The notes under the pieces were generated by a model that was given only the letters and a program-made list of their open reading frames with translations, did no database searches and had not been told where the DNA came from. A program made the position numbers and the translations under genes. Shown here piece after piece: positions 10,114 to 20,926 of a stretch of DNA of 64,000 bases; position 1 is the first letter of the stretch; each line of letters begins with the position of its first letter. The stretch lies in NCBI GenBank assembly GCA_030586555.1, contig JAURAC010000004.1, forward strand, positions 1 through 64,000, in the 5' to 3' direction. This stretch comes from Candidatus Subterrananammoxibius californiae (lineage in GTDB: Bacteria > Planctomycetota > Brocadiia > Brocadiales > Subterrananammoxibiaceae).

Positions 10114-10142
10114 GTAAGGGCAGGTTTGAAACCTGCCCCTAC
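10114..10142. repeat. GTAG-type REP-like palindrome
   Basis: gtaagggcaggtttgaaacctgcccctac; relatives at 14206-14232, 24188-24215, 32602-32629 and 44519-44546. Confidence 0.8.
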
Positions 10143-10167
10143 AATGGTATAATTAATAAATAAAGCT

Positions 10168-12219
10168 ATGTACCAGTACCGATTAAAAATATTTATAGGA
10201 ATAATAATAGGTTTGTTCTTTATCCTGATAATGAGACTCTTTTTTGTGCAAATTATAGAAGGGGGCAAGTACAGCGGTATCTCCGATAAGCGCAGGATAA
10301 GGATGCGTAAAATAGAGGCGCCAAGGGGCACAATCTATGATAGAAATGGTAATGTTCTTGCAATTGACTGCTACTGCTTCGACCTTTCCGTTCCTTATAA
10401 GAATTTGCTGTACGGTTATCTTGCAAGTACAGGAGACTCTTTAGCCCGCCTCTCAACTATCAGTGCCCATAAGAATAATCCCCCCTCCACACCTAAATCC
10501 CCACTGAGTCCCCCCTTAAGTAAGGGGGGGGAAGGGGGATTCAAGGTGGATTCATGTGAAGGTTGCCATAATAACGAGGGTTTATGGGTTAAAAAAATAT
10601 CTACCCTCTTAGGCAAACCACGGTCTGCACTGCTTCGGGATGCTAAGGAGGTGGTAGAAAAGGTTGAGAAGATTAAGTTTAATGTGGAGCGGAAGCACAA
10701 AAAAACTATTCGTATTCAGGAAGAAACCCTGCTTTATCCCGTTGCCTCAAATGTGGACTTTGAGAAGGCTGCTGTTGTAGAGGTAAATCAAAGGGATTTT
10801 CCCGGGGTCTCCGTAGAAATCCAACCGTTAAGATGGTATCCAAACCGTGACCTTGCATCACACATAGTTGGATACGTTGGTAGCCGCTCCACTTCAAGCG
10901 GACAGCCTGCGCATAATCTATGCAATCCAGAGGTTGCAGCTATTATACAAAAGGTTATATCTAAACGAGCAGAAGATGATGAGGATGATAAAACAAACAA
11001 ATATGCAGACACAAATGGGGTAGCTGGCATTGATGGTATTGAGGGGGCATACGATGGCTTATTATGCGGTATGCCTGGCGAAAGGTTTGAAGAAGTTATA
11101 CTTGAAAATCTCAAGGTAAGCAAATTAATTCTAAATAAGCCTCCAAGGTCGGGATATAATATATTTTTAACCATTGACAGAAAAATTCAGAAACTTGCAG
11201 AAGACGCCCTTGGACAGAGACGTGGGGCTATAGTAGTAATGAACCCATGGAATGGTGAAATACTCGCCATGGCGAGCTATCCGAGATTTGACCCGAACAC
11301 ATTCGGGGATAACTATCTTGAACTAAACAATAATCCCTGGAAGCCCTTCCTTAGCAGGCCTATTCAGAGCACCCTGCCGCCCGGTTCTGTTTTTAAGATT
11401 GTTACCTCTATTGCTGCCCTCTCGGAGGATAAAATAAATCTCGACACAACCTTTAATTGTACCGGAAAACTCAAGTCCACCAGGGAACGTTTTCGATGTT
11501 ATTCAGCGTATGGTCACGGAATGGTTACTCTTGAAGAAGCAATACAATATTCATGCAATCCGTTTTTTGTGGAAGCGGGGAAGTCCACAGGAGGGCCCAC
11601 ATTGTGGACGTGGGCAAGCAAATTCGGCTTTGGCAAAAAAACGGGTATTGATTTGCCGTACGAGAGGCCGGGAAACTTGCCGCCATTCGGGTCAGTTTAC
11701 GAAGTTATGAATGCTTCTCTTGGACAAGGAAACTTGCTTGTAACACCGTTACAGGTTACAATAATGATGTCTGCTGTCGCCAATGGTGGGTGGGTAATTA
11801 AACCTCACCTACTTAAGAAAATAGTAGATAATAATGGTAGAACCATCTTTGAAAAAATCTCTGAGCCTCGTAGCTGGTTAAACGTTCCTATTGAATACCA
11901 GAGCGCAGTACAAAACGGTTTGCGAAGGGTCGTAACAAATGGCACTGCACGACACGCTGGCTTAAACGAGCTCCCTGTAGCAGGAAAGACTGGTACAAGC
12001 GAAACATCAGAAAAGGACGTCAACCATGCCTGGTTTACTGGCTATGTTCCTTTTGACCGTCCAGAGTATTGTTTTACTATATTAGCAGAACACACAACAG
12101 TGCATGCCTCGGATGTCGCAGTGCCAATTGCCAAAAAACTTGTGGATTCTCTACTTCAAAGAGAAGATAAGTTTGAGCATGGACAAACAAGTTTGTCCAT
12201 GCCACCCGGTATAAACTGA
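10168..12219 (+). CDS. mrdA: Penicillin-binding protein 2 (class B transpeptidase)
   Basis: TM anchor, APRGTIYDRNG, RWYP, G..GIE..YD, SxxK (GSVFK), SxN (SCN), KTG. Confidence 0.92.
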   Translation: MYQYRLKIFIGIIIGLFFILIMRLFFVQIIEGGKYSGISDKRRIRMRKIEAPRGTIYDRNGNVLAIDCYCFDLSVPYKNLLYGYLASTGDSLARLSTISAHKNNPPSTPKSPLSPPLSKGGEGGFKVDSCEGCHNNEGLWVKKISTLLGKPRSALLRDAKEVVEKVEKIKFNVERKHKKTIRIQEETLLYPVASNVDFEKAAVVEVNQRDFPGVSVEIQPLRWYPNRDLASHIVGYVGSRSTSSGQPAHNLCNPEVAAIIQKVISKRAEDDEDDKTNKYADTNGVAGIDGIEGAYDGLLCGMPGERFEEVILENLKVSKLILNKPPRSGYNIFLTIDRKIQKLAEDALGQRRGAIVVMNPWNGEILAMASYPRFDPNTFGDNYLELNNNPWKPFLSRPIQSTLPPGSVFKIVTSIAALSEDKINLDTTFNCTGKLKSTRERFRCYSAYGHGMVTLEEAIQYSCNPFFVEAGKSTGGPTLWTWASKFGFGKKTGIDLPYERPGNLPPFGSVYEVMNASLGQGNLLVTPLQVTIMMSAVANGGWVIKPHLLKKIVDNNGRTIFEKISEPRSWLNVPIEYQSAVQNGLRRVVTNGTARHAGLNELPVAGKTGTSETSEKDVNHAWFTGYVPFDRPEYCFTILAEHTTVHASDVAVPIAKKLVDSLLQREDKFEHGQTSLSMPPGIN

Positions 12220-14408
12220 TGAATATATTAAGCGATTTAACGGATGCCCAAAGATTGGCTGTTACCCACATTGATGGCCCGATGCTTGTGCTTGCTGGGG
12301 CAGGTAGTGGTAAGACTCGCGTTGTTACTCGCCGCATTGGGTACTTGATGGAGCAAGGTATAAGCCCGTACAACATACTTGCCATCACCTTTACCAATAA
12401 AGCGGCAGGGGAAATGAGGGAACGTGTTATGAAATTTTCTAATAACAGCGGCTTATGGGTATCTACCTTCCATTCTATGTGTGCAAGGATACTGCGAACC
12501 TGCATAGACCATCTCGGGTATTCAAATTCCTTCAGTATTTATGATACGACAGACCAGCTTAGCGTAATCAAGGTTGCCATGACGGAATTACAGTTAGACC
12601 CAACGGCATGGAGGCCCGGCGCTATCTTAGCCTCGATAAGCCATGCTAAGAACAGATTACTTTCTCCTGAAGAGTTTGCTTCCAAGTCTACAGATTACTA
12701 TAATGGCGTTGTCTCGAAGGTCTACAATAAATACCAATCTCTCCTTCTTTCCAATAATGCGCTTGACTTTGACGATTTGCTGATAAAGGTTATAGAAATA
12801 TGGAGACAGCAGAAAGACGTCCTTGAGGCGTATCAGGAAAGGTTCAGGTTTATACTTGTTGATGAATACCAGGACACAAATCACTCACAGTACGTCCTCT
12901 TGAGTATGCTTGCAGAACGCTATAAAAATATCTGCGCAACGGGAGACCCTGACCAGTCTATCTATGGTTGGAGGGGCGCAGATATGGGCAATATCCTCAC
13001 CTTCGAAAAGGATTATCCAAATGCAAAGGTAATAAAGCTTGAGCAGAACTATCGTTCCACAAAGAAGATTTTGTGCGCCGCATCAGAGGTCATAAAGAAT
13101 AATGAAATCAGAAAGCCGAAAGAACTCTGGACAAACAATCCCGATGGAAACAAGCTCCGACTTATCCGTTGTGAAGACGAACACGCTGAGTGCGAAGAGG
13201 TTGCAGCACTTATTAGTGAACTTAAACAAGATGGTATGAGGTATTCAGATTTTGCCCTGTTTTACCGCACAAACGCACAATCACGGGTATTCGAGTTTGC
13301 GTTTAGAGATGCAAAAATCCCTTACGTGATTGTTGACAGTACGGCATTCTTCGAGAGGATGGAAATTAAGGACCTCATTGCTTATTTAAAACTATGTGTG
13401 AACCCAGATGACGAGGTTGCCTTAAAACGCATCATCAACGTTCCACCGAGAAGTATAGGGGCAACAACGGTACTGCGGTTAAAGGATTTTTCAAACATTA
13501 ACAAAATCTCTTTGTTAGAAACACTTTTCTCTGTAAATGAAACCCCTAATATAAAGGGGAAGACTGCTCAAGCAATAAAGGAACTCTCAGAACTATTTTC
13601 AATGCTCAGGTCAATGCCTTCCTTTCCTGTTGAGGACATTATAAAAAGGATAATTGATGTTACAATGTACAAAGAGTATTTATCGCAATCTCAGGGTTTA
13701 AAGGCAATCGAGAGAATAGAAAATGTTGAAGAGTTAGTAAACGCCTCAAGTGAATATGATGCTACACACCCTGAAGGTTCGCTCTCTAACTTCTTAGAGG
13801 ATGTGGCACTTGTATCTGATACAGACAACTGGGATGTACAGGCAGATGTGGTTACACTGATGACGTTGCATTCTGCCAAGGGGCTTGAGTTTCCAGTAGT
13901 CTTTATTACCGGAATGGAGGATGGACTTCTTCCTCATAAAGAATCAAAAGACTCGCAGGACGAAATCGAGGAAGAACGGCGACTCCTCTACGTTGGCATT
14001 ACACGAGCGCAAGAAGAACTAATACTAACTTATGCAAAGAAACGTACACGTTACGGTCAAACTGTACCTTGTACACCTTCACGATTTCTTGGCGAGATTC
14101 CACCTGAGGTACTTGAAGAGGTTGATAAAACTTACGAACATGATTACCATTCCTTCGACACGCTCAGGACAAGCTCTTACGATGAACAATATAATGACGA
14201 CATGGGTGGGCAGGACACCGTCCTGCCCCTACAATCTTTTTGTGGATTTAAACCAGGAGACGTTGTCAGGCATCCTCATTTTGGTATAGGACGGATACTC
14301 AAGATTATTGGCTCAAGGAAAAATCTAACCGCCTTTGTAAACTTCAATATTGGCGGGAAAAAGCAGTTGTTGCTTGAATATGCAAGATTGGAAAAGGTGA
14401 AGAGGTAA
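12219..14408 (+). CDS. pcrA: ATP-dependent DNA helicase PcrA/UvrD
   Basis: LAGAGSGKT, AITFTNKAA, LVDEYQDTN, GDPDQSIYGWRGA, LHSAKGLEF, EEERRL.YVGITRA, C-terminal tudor-like tail. Confidence 0.95.
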   Translation: MNILSDLTDAQRLAVTHIDGPMLVLAGAGSGKTRVVTRRIGYLMEQGISPYNILAITFTNKAAGEMRERVMKFSNNSGLWVSTFHSMCARILRTCIDHLGYSNSFSIYDTTDQLSVIKVAMTELQLDPTAWRPGAILASISHAKNRLLSPEEFASKSTDYYNGVVSKVYNKYQSLLLSNNALDFDDLLIKVIEIWRQQKDVLEAYQERFRFILVDEYQDTNHSQYVLLSMLAERYKNICATGDPDQSIYGWRGADMGNILTFEKDYPNAKVIKLEQNYRSTKKILCAASEVIKNNEIRKPKELWTNNPDGNKLRLIRCEDEHAECEEVAALISELKQDGMRYSDFALFYRTNAQSRVFEFAFRDAKIPYVIVDSTAFFERMEIKDLIAYLKLCVNPDDEVALKRIINVPPRSIGATTVLRLKDFSNINKISLLETLFSVNETPNIKGKTAQAIKELSELFSMLRSMPSFPVEDIIKRIIDVTMYKEYLSQSQGLKAIERIENVEELVNASSEYDATHPEGSLSNFLEDVALVSDTDNWDVQADVVTLMTLHSAKGLEFPVVFITGMEDGLLPHKESKDSQDEIEEERRLLYVGITRAQEELILTYAKKRTRYGQTVPCTPSRFLGEIPPEVLEEVDKTYEHDYHSFDTLRTSSYDEQYNDDMGGQDTVLPLQSFCGFKPGDVVRHPHFGIGRILKIIGSRKNLTAFVNFNIGGKKQLLLEYARLEKVKR

Positions 14409-14478
14409 AAAATAAGGTTTTTTTGCCTTTTTAGTTTTTAACCTTTTAGCCTTTTACCTCTTCGCCTTTAATAACGTT

Positions 14479-16812
14479 ATGCTAAATTCATTAAAGAACA
14501 GATTAGTTGCATATCTAAAGAAAAATTTATTTCGGAGTATAAGAGGAAAGCTTGTAGGTTGCATCGTTCTCATGACTATGTTTCCTCTTGTAATAGTGAG
14601 CATTATTGCTTATTGCAACGGAAAGAACGCCCTCGAATTGAGGGTGGTTGAGCAGATGACCTCTATAGCTGATTTAAAAAAGGTTGAGCTTAATAACTGG
14701 TTGAAGGAGAGGTTGGTGGACACCGTGCAATTATCTAATGACAACTCTCTTCAAGCTGGTTTCACGAGTTTACTCTATATAAGAAGGGCATCCGATACAA
14801 TCGAAAACATGCTCAAATCAGAAATGGGGGAAACGTATTATAATAAGCTCCTATCATATCTTCAGGAATTAAAGAGGGAGTATAAATGTTACGACGAGAT
14901 AGCCATAATGGATGCGGTAAATGGAGAAATAATTGTATCTACAACTGAAACCAATATGGGTAGGATTGACGAAGATTTTGAATCATATACAAATACGTTG
15001 ACGAAGAAGGGGATTTCAATAAAGGATATCTATTATTCAGACCATCTTGGGCAAGTAGGTATGACATTTTTCGGCGCTATTCACAAGGTAAATCCCGTGA
15101 CGATGGAATTATCAAATAAGATTATTGGAGTGGTTCTTTTGAGATTAAGCATGAGAAACAGTATTGAGCCGCTAATACAAAACTGGCCCGGGATGGGTGA
15201 AACAGGCGAAACATTTTTAGTCCGTAAAGAAGGCAAGAGTATACTCTTCTTAAATAAATTACGCCACGATAAAGATGCAGCATTGAGGCTTACTATCCCC
15301 CAGAGTTCTCCAATAGCTGAGCCAGCGATTATGTGTTTAAGCGGTCATGAAGGTATCACTAAAACCGTTGACTACAGGAATATTCGTGTCCTATGCGCCT
15401 ATCGTCACATACCAATGATGGAGTGGGGGCTATTTGCAAAACAGGACGTTAAGGAGGCTTTTGCCCCCATAGAGAAATTAAAAAAGAGAATGCTTATCCT
15501 TGTTATGCTTTCCGCCATAGGTGTTATTACTGCGGTGTTCCTTGTTGCACGCAGCATTACAAGACCTGTGCTGAAATTGGTAAAAGGCGCAAATGCCATC
15601 GGCGCTGGAGACCTTTCTCAAAAAATAATGGTCTTGTCTCAAGATGAAATAGGGATGCTGGCATCAGAATTTAATCAAATGGCTGTGAAACTCAGGGAAT
15701 TCTACACCATCCTGGAGCAAAAAATCAACCAGAGGACAGCCCAATTGCAGGCATCCGAGGAAAAGTACAGGGAGTTAATAAATTTTGCCAACGATGCCAT
15801 TTTTACATTGGATATGGGCACTGCTCAAATAATTGATGCAAATAAAAAGGCTATAGAACTTACTGGACACTCAAAGGATGATTTACTAAGAATGAAGATA
15901 TGGGAAATCCATCCACAGCACGAGGCTAACAAGGCAAAACAACTATGGAAAAAGGTCATAGAGGAGGGCTCCGGTGTCCTCGATGAAATAGAACAGAAGA
16001 GAAAGGATGGAAAGATTGTTCCTGTAAGCATTAGCGCAAGCATTATTAAATATGGTGACAAAAGGGTTGTACAAAAGATTTACAGGGATATTACCGAACG
16101 AAAGATGTTCCAGGAGCAACTCATTCGTGCAGAACGGTTGGCTGTGGTAGGAGAATTGGCAGCTATTGTCGCCCACGAAGTTAATAATCCTTTAGCAGGT
16201 CTTCAGAACTTTGTAAAGCTTATTGAAAGCGAACCTCATAATATCCAGCAAACCAGAGAATTTATGCACTTGATGGCAGAGGGTCTTAAACGTATTGAAT
16301 TCATTGTCAGGGGTCTTTTAGCCTTCTCTAAACCCCATTTTCTTAACTTTGCAGAGCATGACATAAGGGAAATAATTGAAAGCTCGTTAAAATTCGTTGA
16401 CCATCGTCTTGAGGTAGAGCATATATCTCTCCGCAAGCAGTTCCATGATGATTTATTGCCGGTCTATGTAGATGCTAACAGTATTACACAGGTTGTAGTT
16501 AATATTTTAATAAACGCATTGGACAGCATGACTGATGGTGGTGCACTTTCAATTGTAGCCGCTAATTGCGACAGGTTTTCTCCCTGCATTAAGGTTATGA
16601 TTTCTGATACCGGAACCGGGATAAAACAAGAAATAATGGATAAAATCTTTGACCCGTTCTTTACCACCAAGGGGAACGGCGTTGGCCTTGGACTGGCAAT
16701 AAGCAAAAGGATAATTGAAGCGCATGGTGGGGAAATAGAGGTTCAAAGCCCGCCTAAGGCGGGTGGAAAAGGCACAACCTTTTCTTTGCATTTCCCTGCA
16801 CACATGACATAG
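14479..16812 (+). CDS. Membrane sensor histidine kinase (Cache-like - HAMP - PAS - HisKA - HATPase)
   Basis: Two TMs around a periplasmic region, HAMP (DEIGMLASEFNQM), PAS, AHEVNNPL, NALD, DTGTG, FFTTK, GLGL. Confidence 0.9.
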   Translation: MLNSLKNRLVAYLKKNLFRSIRGKLVGCIVLMTMFPLVIVSIIAYCNGKNALELRVVEQMTSIADLKKVELNNWLKERLVDTVQLSNDNSLQAGFTSLLYIRRASDTIENMLKSEMGETYYNKLLSYLQELKREYKCYDEIAIMDAVNGEIIVSTTETNMGRIDEDFESYTNTLTKKGISIKDIYYSDHLGQVGMTFFGAIHKVNPVTMELSNKIIGVVLLRLSMRNSIEPLIQNWPGMGETGETFLVRKEGKSILFLNKLRHDKDAALRLTIPQSSPIAEPAIMCLSGHEGITKTVDYRNIRVLCAYRHIPMMEWGLFAKQDVKEAFAPIEKLKKRMLILVMLSAIGVITAVFLVARSITRPVLKLVKGANAIGAGDLSQKIMVLSQDEIGMLASEFNQMAVKLREFYTILEQKINQRTAQLQASEEKYRELINFANDAIFTLDMGTAQIIDANKKAIELTGHSKDDLLRMKIWEIHPQHEANKAKQLWKKVIEEGSGVLDEIEQKRKDGKIVPVSISASIIKYGDKRVVQKIYRDITERKMFQEQLIRAERLAVVGELAAIVAHEVNNPLAGLQNFVKLIESEPHNIQQTREFMHLMAEGLKRIEFIVRGLLAFSKPHFLNFAEHDIREIIESSLKFVDHRLEVEHISLRKQFHDDLLPVYVDANSITQVVVNILINALDSMTDGGALSIVAANCDRFSPCIKVMISDTGTGIKQEIMDKIFDPFFTTKGNGVGLGLAISKRIIEAHGGEIEVQSPPKAGGKGTTFSLHFPAHMT

Positions 16813-16857
16813 CCTACCTCCCAAAATTGTAAATTTAAAATTTGAAATTTGCATTTT

Positions 16858-18078
16858 TCATTTTACAATTCTTGGTTTTGAAATTTGCATTGATGGGGCT
16901 ATCTTCCCCAATATCACTGCCTCCCTTGCCCCCGTCGCTGAGGGAACGTTGTTAGGATTGCCGCTTATTGTTTCATTAGCGAGGATTGCAAAAGCTATTG
17001 CCTCTTTTGCGTTGCCCGGTATTCCAAACTCATCAACCATTCTTACCTTCGCAGGGGAAAGGTACCCCTTAAGAAGCTCAACAAGAAAAAGATTGCGTGA
17101 GCCTCCTCCGCTTAGAATAACCTCTGTAATTTCATATTGTGACAGGATAAACCTTTTGTAACTTTCTGCAATCGTTCTTGCTGTAAAAGCTGTTACTGTT
17201 GTTAGAATGTCCGCATCGCTTAATCCGCCTGAGGCGGGTTGTTTTGCCTCACTGTAAAGCTTATCAGAAAATTGGATACCAAAGTCCTCTCTGCCGGTTG
17301 TTTTAGGTGGTTGTTTGGAAAAATACGGGTGAGAAAGCAACTGGTCAAGCAGGGCATCATTAATCCTTCCAGAAGTTGCCAGTTTGCCATCAACATCGAA
17401 TTTTAATTTACCATTGGTTATTATTTCTGTAATGCGGTCTATTATCACATTACCGGGTCCTGTGTCAAAGGCGATAAGGTCTTTAAGGTTACAAGCACTT
17501 GGTAAGAATGTTACGTTTGCGATTCCACCAATATTCTGGATAGCCCTGCCACCCGTATTGCTTCTAAAAAGAATGAAATCCGCATACGGAACTAACGGTG
17601 CGCCTTGCCCACCTGCGGCAATATCACGGGTGCGAAAATCTGCTACAGTTGTTACGCCAGTCTCCTGCGCTATTACGCACGGTTCGCCTATTTGTAGCGT
17701 TGACCTTGATAATCCCCCTAAATCCCCCTTTATTAAAGGGGGAATATCAGGAATATGATAAATTGTCTGGCCGTGGGAACCAATAATGTCAACATCTGTA
17801 AGTGGTACGCCTGCCTTTTCTGCTATCATCTTTGCAGAGTTTGCAAAGAGGCGTCCAATGAGAAAGTTTAGATGACAAATCCTATCCACTGTCCCTGTCT
17901 CTGGTTGACAGGCATCCAGAACGAGTTTCCTAATCTCATCGCTATATGGATAGGTTTCAAAGGCAAGGAGATTAACCTTTGTTTCTATTCCACTACCAAT
18001 AATATCAACAAGGCAGGCATCTATACCGTCACATGACGTTCCTGACATCAAGCCTATAACCTTTCGTCTATTATTCAA
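16858..18078 (-). CDS. anmK: Anhydro-N-acetylmuramic acid kinase
   Basis: IGLMSGTS.DGID, GSHGQT, DFR..DIAAGGQGAPLVP, NIGGIAN, FDTGPGN, KEAIAFA. Confidence 0.95.
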   Translation of the reverse strand: MNNRRKVIGLMSGTSCDGIDACLVDIIGSGIETKVNLLAFETYPYSDEIRKLVLDACQPETGTVDRICHLNFLIGRLFANSAKMIAEKAGVPLTDVDIIGSHGQTIYHIPDIPPLIKGDLGGLSRSTLQIGEPCVIAQETGVTTVADFRTRDIAAGGQGAPLVPYADFILFRSNTGGRAIQNIGGIANVTFLPSACNLKDLIAFDTGPGNVIIDRITEIITNGKLKFDVDGKLATSGRINDALLDQLLSHPYFSKQPPKTTGREDFGIQFSDKLYSEAKQPASGGLSDADILTTVTAFTARTIAESYKRFILSQYEITEVILSGGGSRNLFLVELLKGYLSPAKVRMVDEFGIPGNAKEAIAFAILANETISGNPNNVPSATGAREAVILGKIAPSMQISKPRIVK

Positions 18079-18299
18079 TGTCCTCTCCCAAAGTGCTCGG
18101 CAGTCCCATCAACGGACATAAAAGTCCCACGTCATGTCGACATGGCATGGCGTTGTCTACCAGTTTGCAAGGTAGACAACGAGGTTTTACCTCGTTGACA
18201 TCGTAGGTGGCAATTATAACCCTGTATCCTGAAAAATCAAGCTTACCTTTTTGAAAAAAGGTATTTGACATTTTTTCTAATACTGCTATAAATAAAGGC

Positions 18300-20327
18300 A
18301 TGGCGAAGCAAATAGCGGTAAAAGAAAAGCAACGCTTTGAAAAAGAAATCGGTATTGATATCAACCAGATTATCACATCGAGTCTGGACATCAAGGGTGT
18401 TTTTAAGTCCATCAGCAATGAACTTCATAAGGTGGTTGATTTTGATCGCATGAGCATATCAATCCTATCGGAAGAAATGGCCACCTTTGACCTTTACACG
18501 ATATGGAAAGGTTATCGCCATACACAAATAAAAGAAGGCACATATTCCGTACGTGGCAGCATTCTGGAGAGGGTTATCCATTCAAATGGCCCTATATTCA
18601 TAGAGGACACTAAGAAGTGCAAGTTCTGGATTATCAGAAAACTGAGGAAGGAACTTATACGTTCGTATTTTGTTTATCCGTTGAAAAAGATGGAGGAGAT
18701 AATTGGAACGATTAATTTCGGCAGCAAAGACGTCAAAAGATATACCCCGGAGGAAGGGGAATTTATTAAACAAATTTCCGGTCAGGTGGCAATAGCAGCA
18801 GGGTTACTAAGGAAGGTAAAGGAATCGGAAGAGCGGCTCAGGGGGCTGATAAATTCGATGAAAGACGGCATTTATCAGTGTGAAATCGGTCCGGAAGGGG
18901 TGTTCACCTTTGTAAATCAGGCTGGCACAGAGATGCTGGGTTACGACTCTCCAGAAGAAATTGTTGGTTCGAGAATAAAGGATATATATGTGAATCCACA
19001 GGACATGGATATGCACATAAATTTGTTACTGAAAAACGAGGTTTTAAAGGATTTTGTCATTGAAGCAAAAACAAGCACCGGTAAGAGGGTCTATATAGAA
19101 ACAACAAGTTCTCTCATTAAGGATAAGAAAGGAAACCCTGTAAGGATAGAAGGTATTATGAAGGATATTACCGAAGAGAGTGCATTAGAAGAACAATTGA
19201 AAAGTTATACATTAAGGCTTGAGGAGTTAGTACAGGAAAGGACTGACGGACTGAGAGAATCAGAAGAAAAATACAGGCTACTGATAGAAAATGCAAACGA
19301 TATGGTATTTATGATAGACCCTGAAACAACTAAAATATTGGAGGCTAATTCCAAAGCCGCTGAACTTACAAAATATACAAAATCAGAACTACAAGGCATT
19401 TTGATAACCGATATCCACCCCGAACATGAGCGTGACAGAGTCAAAAGGATATTAAATAGAATATACAAGGTGGGAAATCCCGTCCGCTTTGACGACATTT
19501 CATTCGAGACTAAAGATGGGGAACGCATCAATATTGATATGAGTGCAAACATAATAGAGATAAGGTCAAAAAAGGTCATTCAAAGTATTTGCAGAGATAT
19601 TACTGAAAAACTTAAATTGGAAACCCAACTTCTTTATTCAGCAAGGCTTGCCGCAATGGGTGAACTTTCAAGTCAAATTGCCCACGAAATCAATAACCCT
19701 ATTGCTGGTATGCAGTGTTGCCTCAGTCTTTTAGCAGACGAAATAAAGGAAGACAACCCCAAGAGAAAGTTCCTCGATATGACACTGAAAGAAGTAGACA
19801 GAATAGAAAAACTCATCCAGAATATGAGGGCATTTTATAAGCCGAGTTCTAATACAATGGCAACTACAGATGTAAATACCCTCATAAATGATATGCTGCT
19901 CTTCCTCAATCAGCAGCTAAAGGCATATAACATTATTACAAAAATAGACCTCAAAACAGACCTACCAAAGATATTTGCAACTGAGGACCAGATTCGACAG
20001 GTCTTTCTCAATCTGATAAATAATGCACGTGATGCCATGTCAAACGGTGGCACCTTGACTATTAACACATCAACAATCAACAGAGATACCAGAAAGTATG
20101 TAAGGATACAATTTATAGATACTGGTTGCGGCATACCAGAAGAACACCTGCCCAAGATCTTTGACCCTTTCTTCTCCACAAAAAGCGATTCAGGTGGAAG
20201 CGGACTCGGTCTATCCATCAGCTACAGCATAATCCAGAGACATAAAGGAACCATTCGTGTAAAAAGCGAGTTAGGGAAGGGAACAACGTTTACAATTGAA
20301 CTACCGTATCCGCCTGAGGCGGATTAA
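18300..20327 (+). CDS. Cytoplasmic GAF-PAS-PAS histidine kinase
   Basis: N-terminal GAF, two PAS domains, AHEINNPI, NARDA, DTGCG, FFSTK, GSGLGL; no TM segment. Confidence 0.9.
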   Translation: MAKQIAVKEKQRFEKEIGIDINQIITSSLDIKGVFKSISNELHKVVDFDRMSISILSEEMATFDLYTIWKGYRHTQIKEGTYSVRGSILERVIHSNGPIFIEDTKKCKFWIIRKLRKELIRSYFVYPLKKMEEIIGTINFGSKDVKRYTPEEGEFIKQISGQVAIAAGLLRKVKESEERLRGLINSMKDGIYQCEIGPEGVFTFVNQAGTEMLGYDSPEEIVGSRIKDIYVNPQDMDMHINLLLKNEVLKDFVIEAKTSTGKRVYIETTSSLIKDKKGNPVRIEGIMKDITEESALEEQLKSYTLRLEELVQERTDGLRESEEKYRLLIENANDMVFMIDPETTKILEANSKAAELTKYTKSELQGILITDIHPEHERDRVKRILNRIYKVGNPVRFDDISFETKDGERINIDMSANIIEIRSKKVIQSICRDITEKLKLETQLLYSARLAAMGELSSQIAHEINNPIAGMQCCLSLLADEIKEDNPKRKFLDMTLKEVDRIEKLIQNMRAFYKPSSNTMATTDVNTLINDMLLFLNQQLKAYNIITKIDLKTDLPKIFATEDQIRQVFLNLINNARDAMSNGGTLTINTSTINRDTRKYVRIQFIDTGCGIPEEHLPKIFDPFFSTKSDSGGSGLGLSISYSIIQRHKGTIRVKSELGKGTTFTIELPYPPEAD

Positions 20328-20515
20328 CCACGTAGATGCGAATCTACATTGACCTTGCCATGAGCCTCTTGAAGGAACGGTTAACTTACTCCAAATTCGA
20401 ATTTTGTTTTTTTTCTTGTAATTCATGGTATGCATAATATAATTAAGATTGAAAAAGGTACATGGGTACACACAAAACCTCGGCAAGATTGAAGAAAGAG
20501 GGGACAGAAAAAAAG

Positions 20516-20872
20516 ATGGGAAATAAAGTGCAGAATAAACAGGTTGTAAACCCGCCGCCTTCTGGGCGGGAACTTGATAAGGTTAAGGTAGCAAACGAAA
20601 TCCGTGCGCGACTTCAAAACTTTGTTAAGCACAGCCAGTACAGTTTTAACCCAGACGTCTCTGTTGTAGAGACCATTATTAAAGGGCTCACCATACGGAT
20701 GATTAGAACTGGCTATGCTTACTGCCCTTGTCGTGTAGTAACTGGAAATATTGAAAAGGATGCGAAGATTATCTGTCCCTGTATATATCACGAAGAAGAA
20801 ATAAGAATACATGGTATATGCCACTGTGGCTTATTCGTAGGCAAAGATTACACCTGCCTGCTTTCGACCTGA
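20516..20872 (+). CDS. Ferredoxin:thioredoxin reductase, catalytic subunit
   Basis: CPC...CPC...CHC motifs (YCPCR, ICPC, ICHCGLF); immediately upstream of thioredoxin. Confidence 0.9.
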   Translation: MGNKVQNKQVVNPPPSGRELDKVKVANEIRARLQNFVKHSQYSFNPDVSVVETIIKGLTIRMIRTGYAYCPCRVVTGNIEKDAKIICPCIYHEEEIRIHGICHCGLFVGKDYTCLLST

Positions 20873-20926
20873 AAGGATGCAGGGTAATAGGCAATCAATA
20901 GGAAATTAAATCCAGATGGAGGGAAT

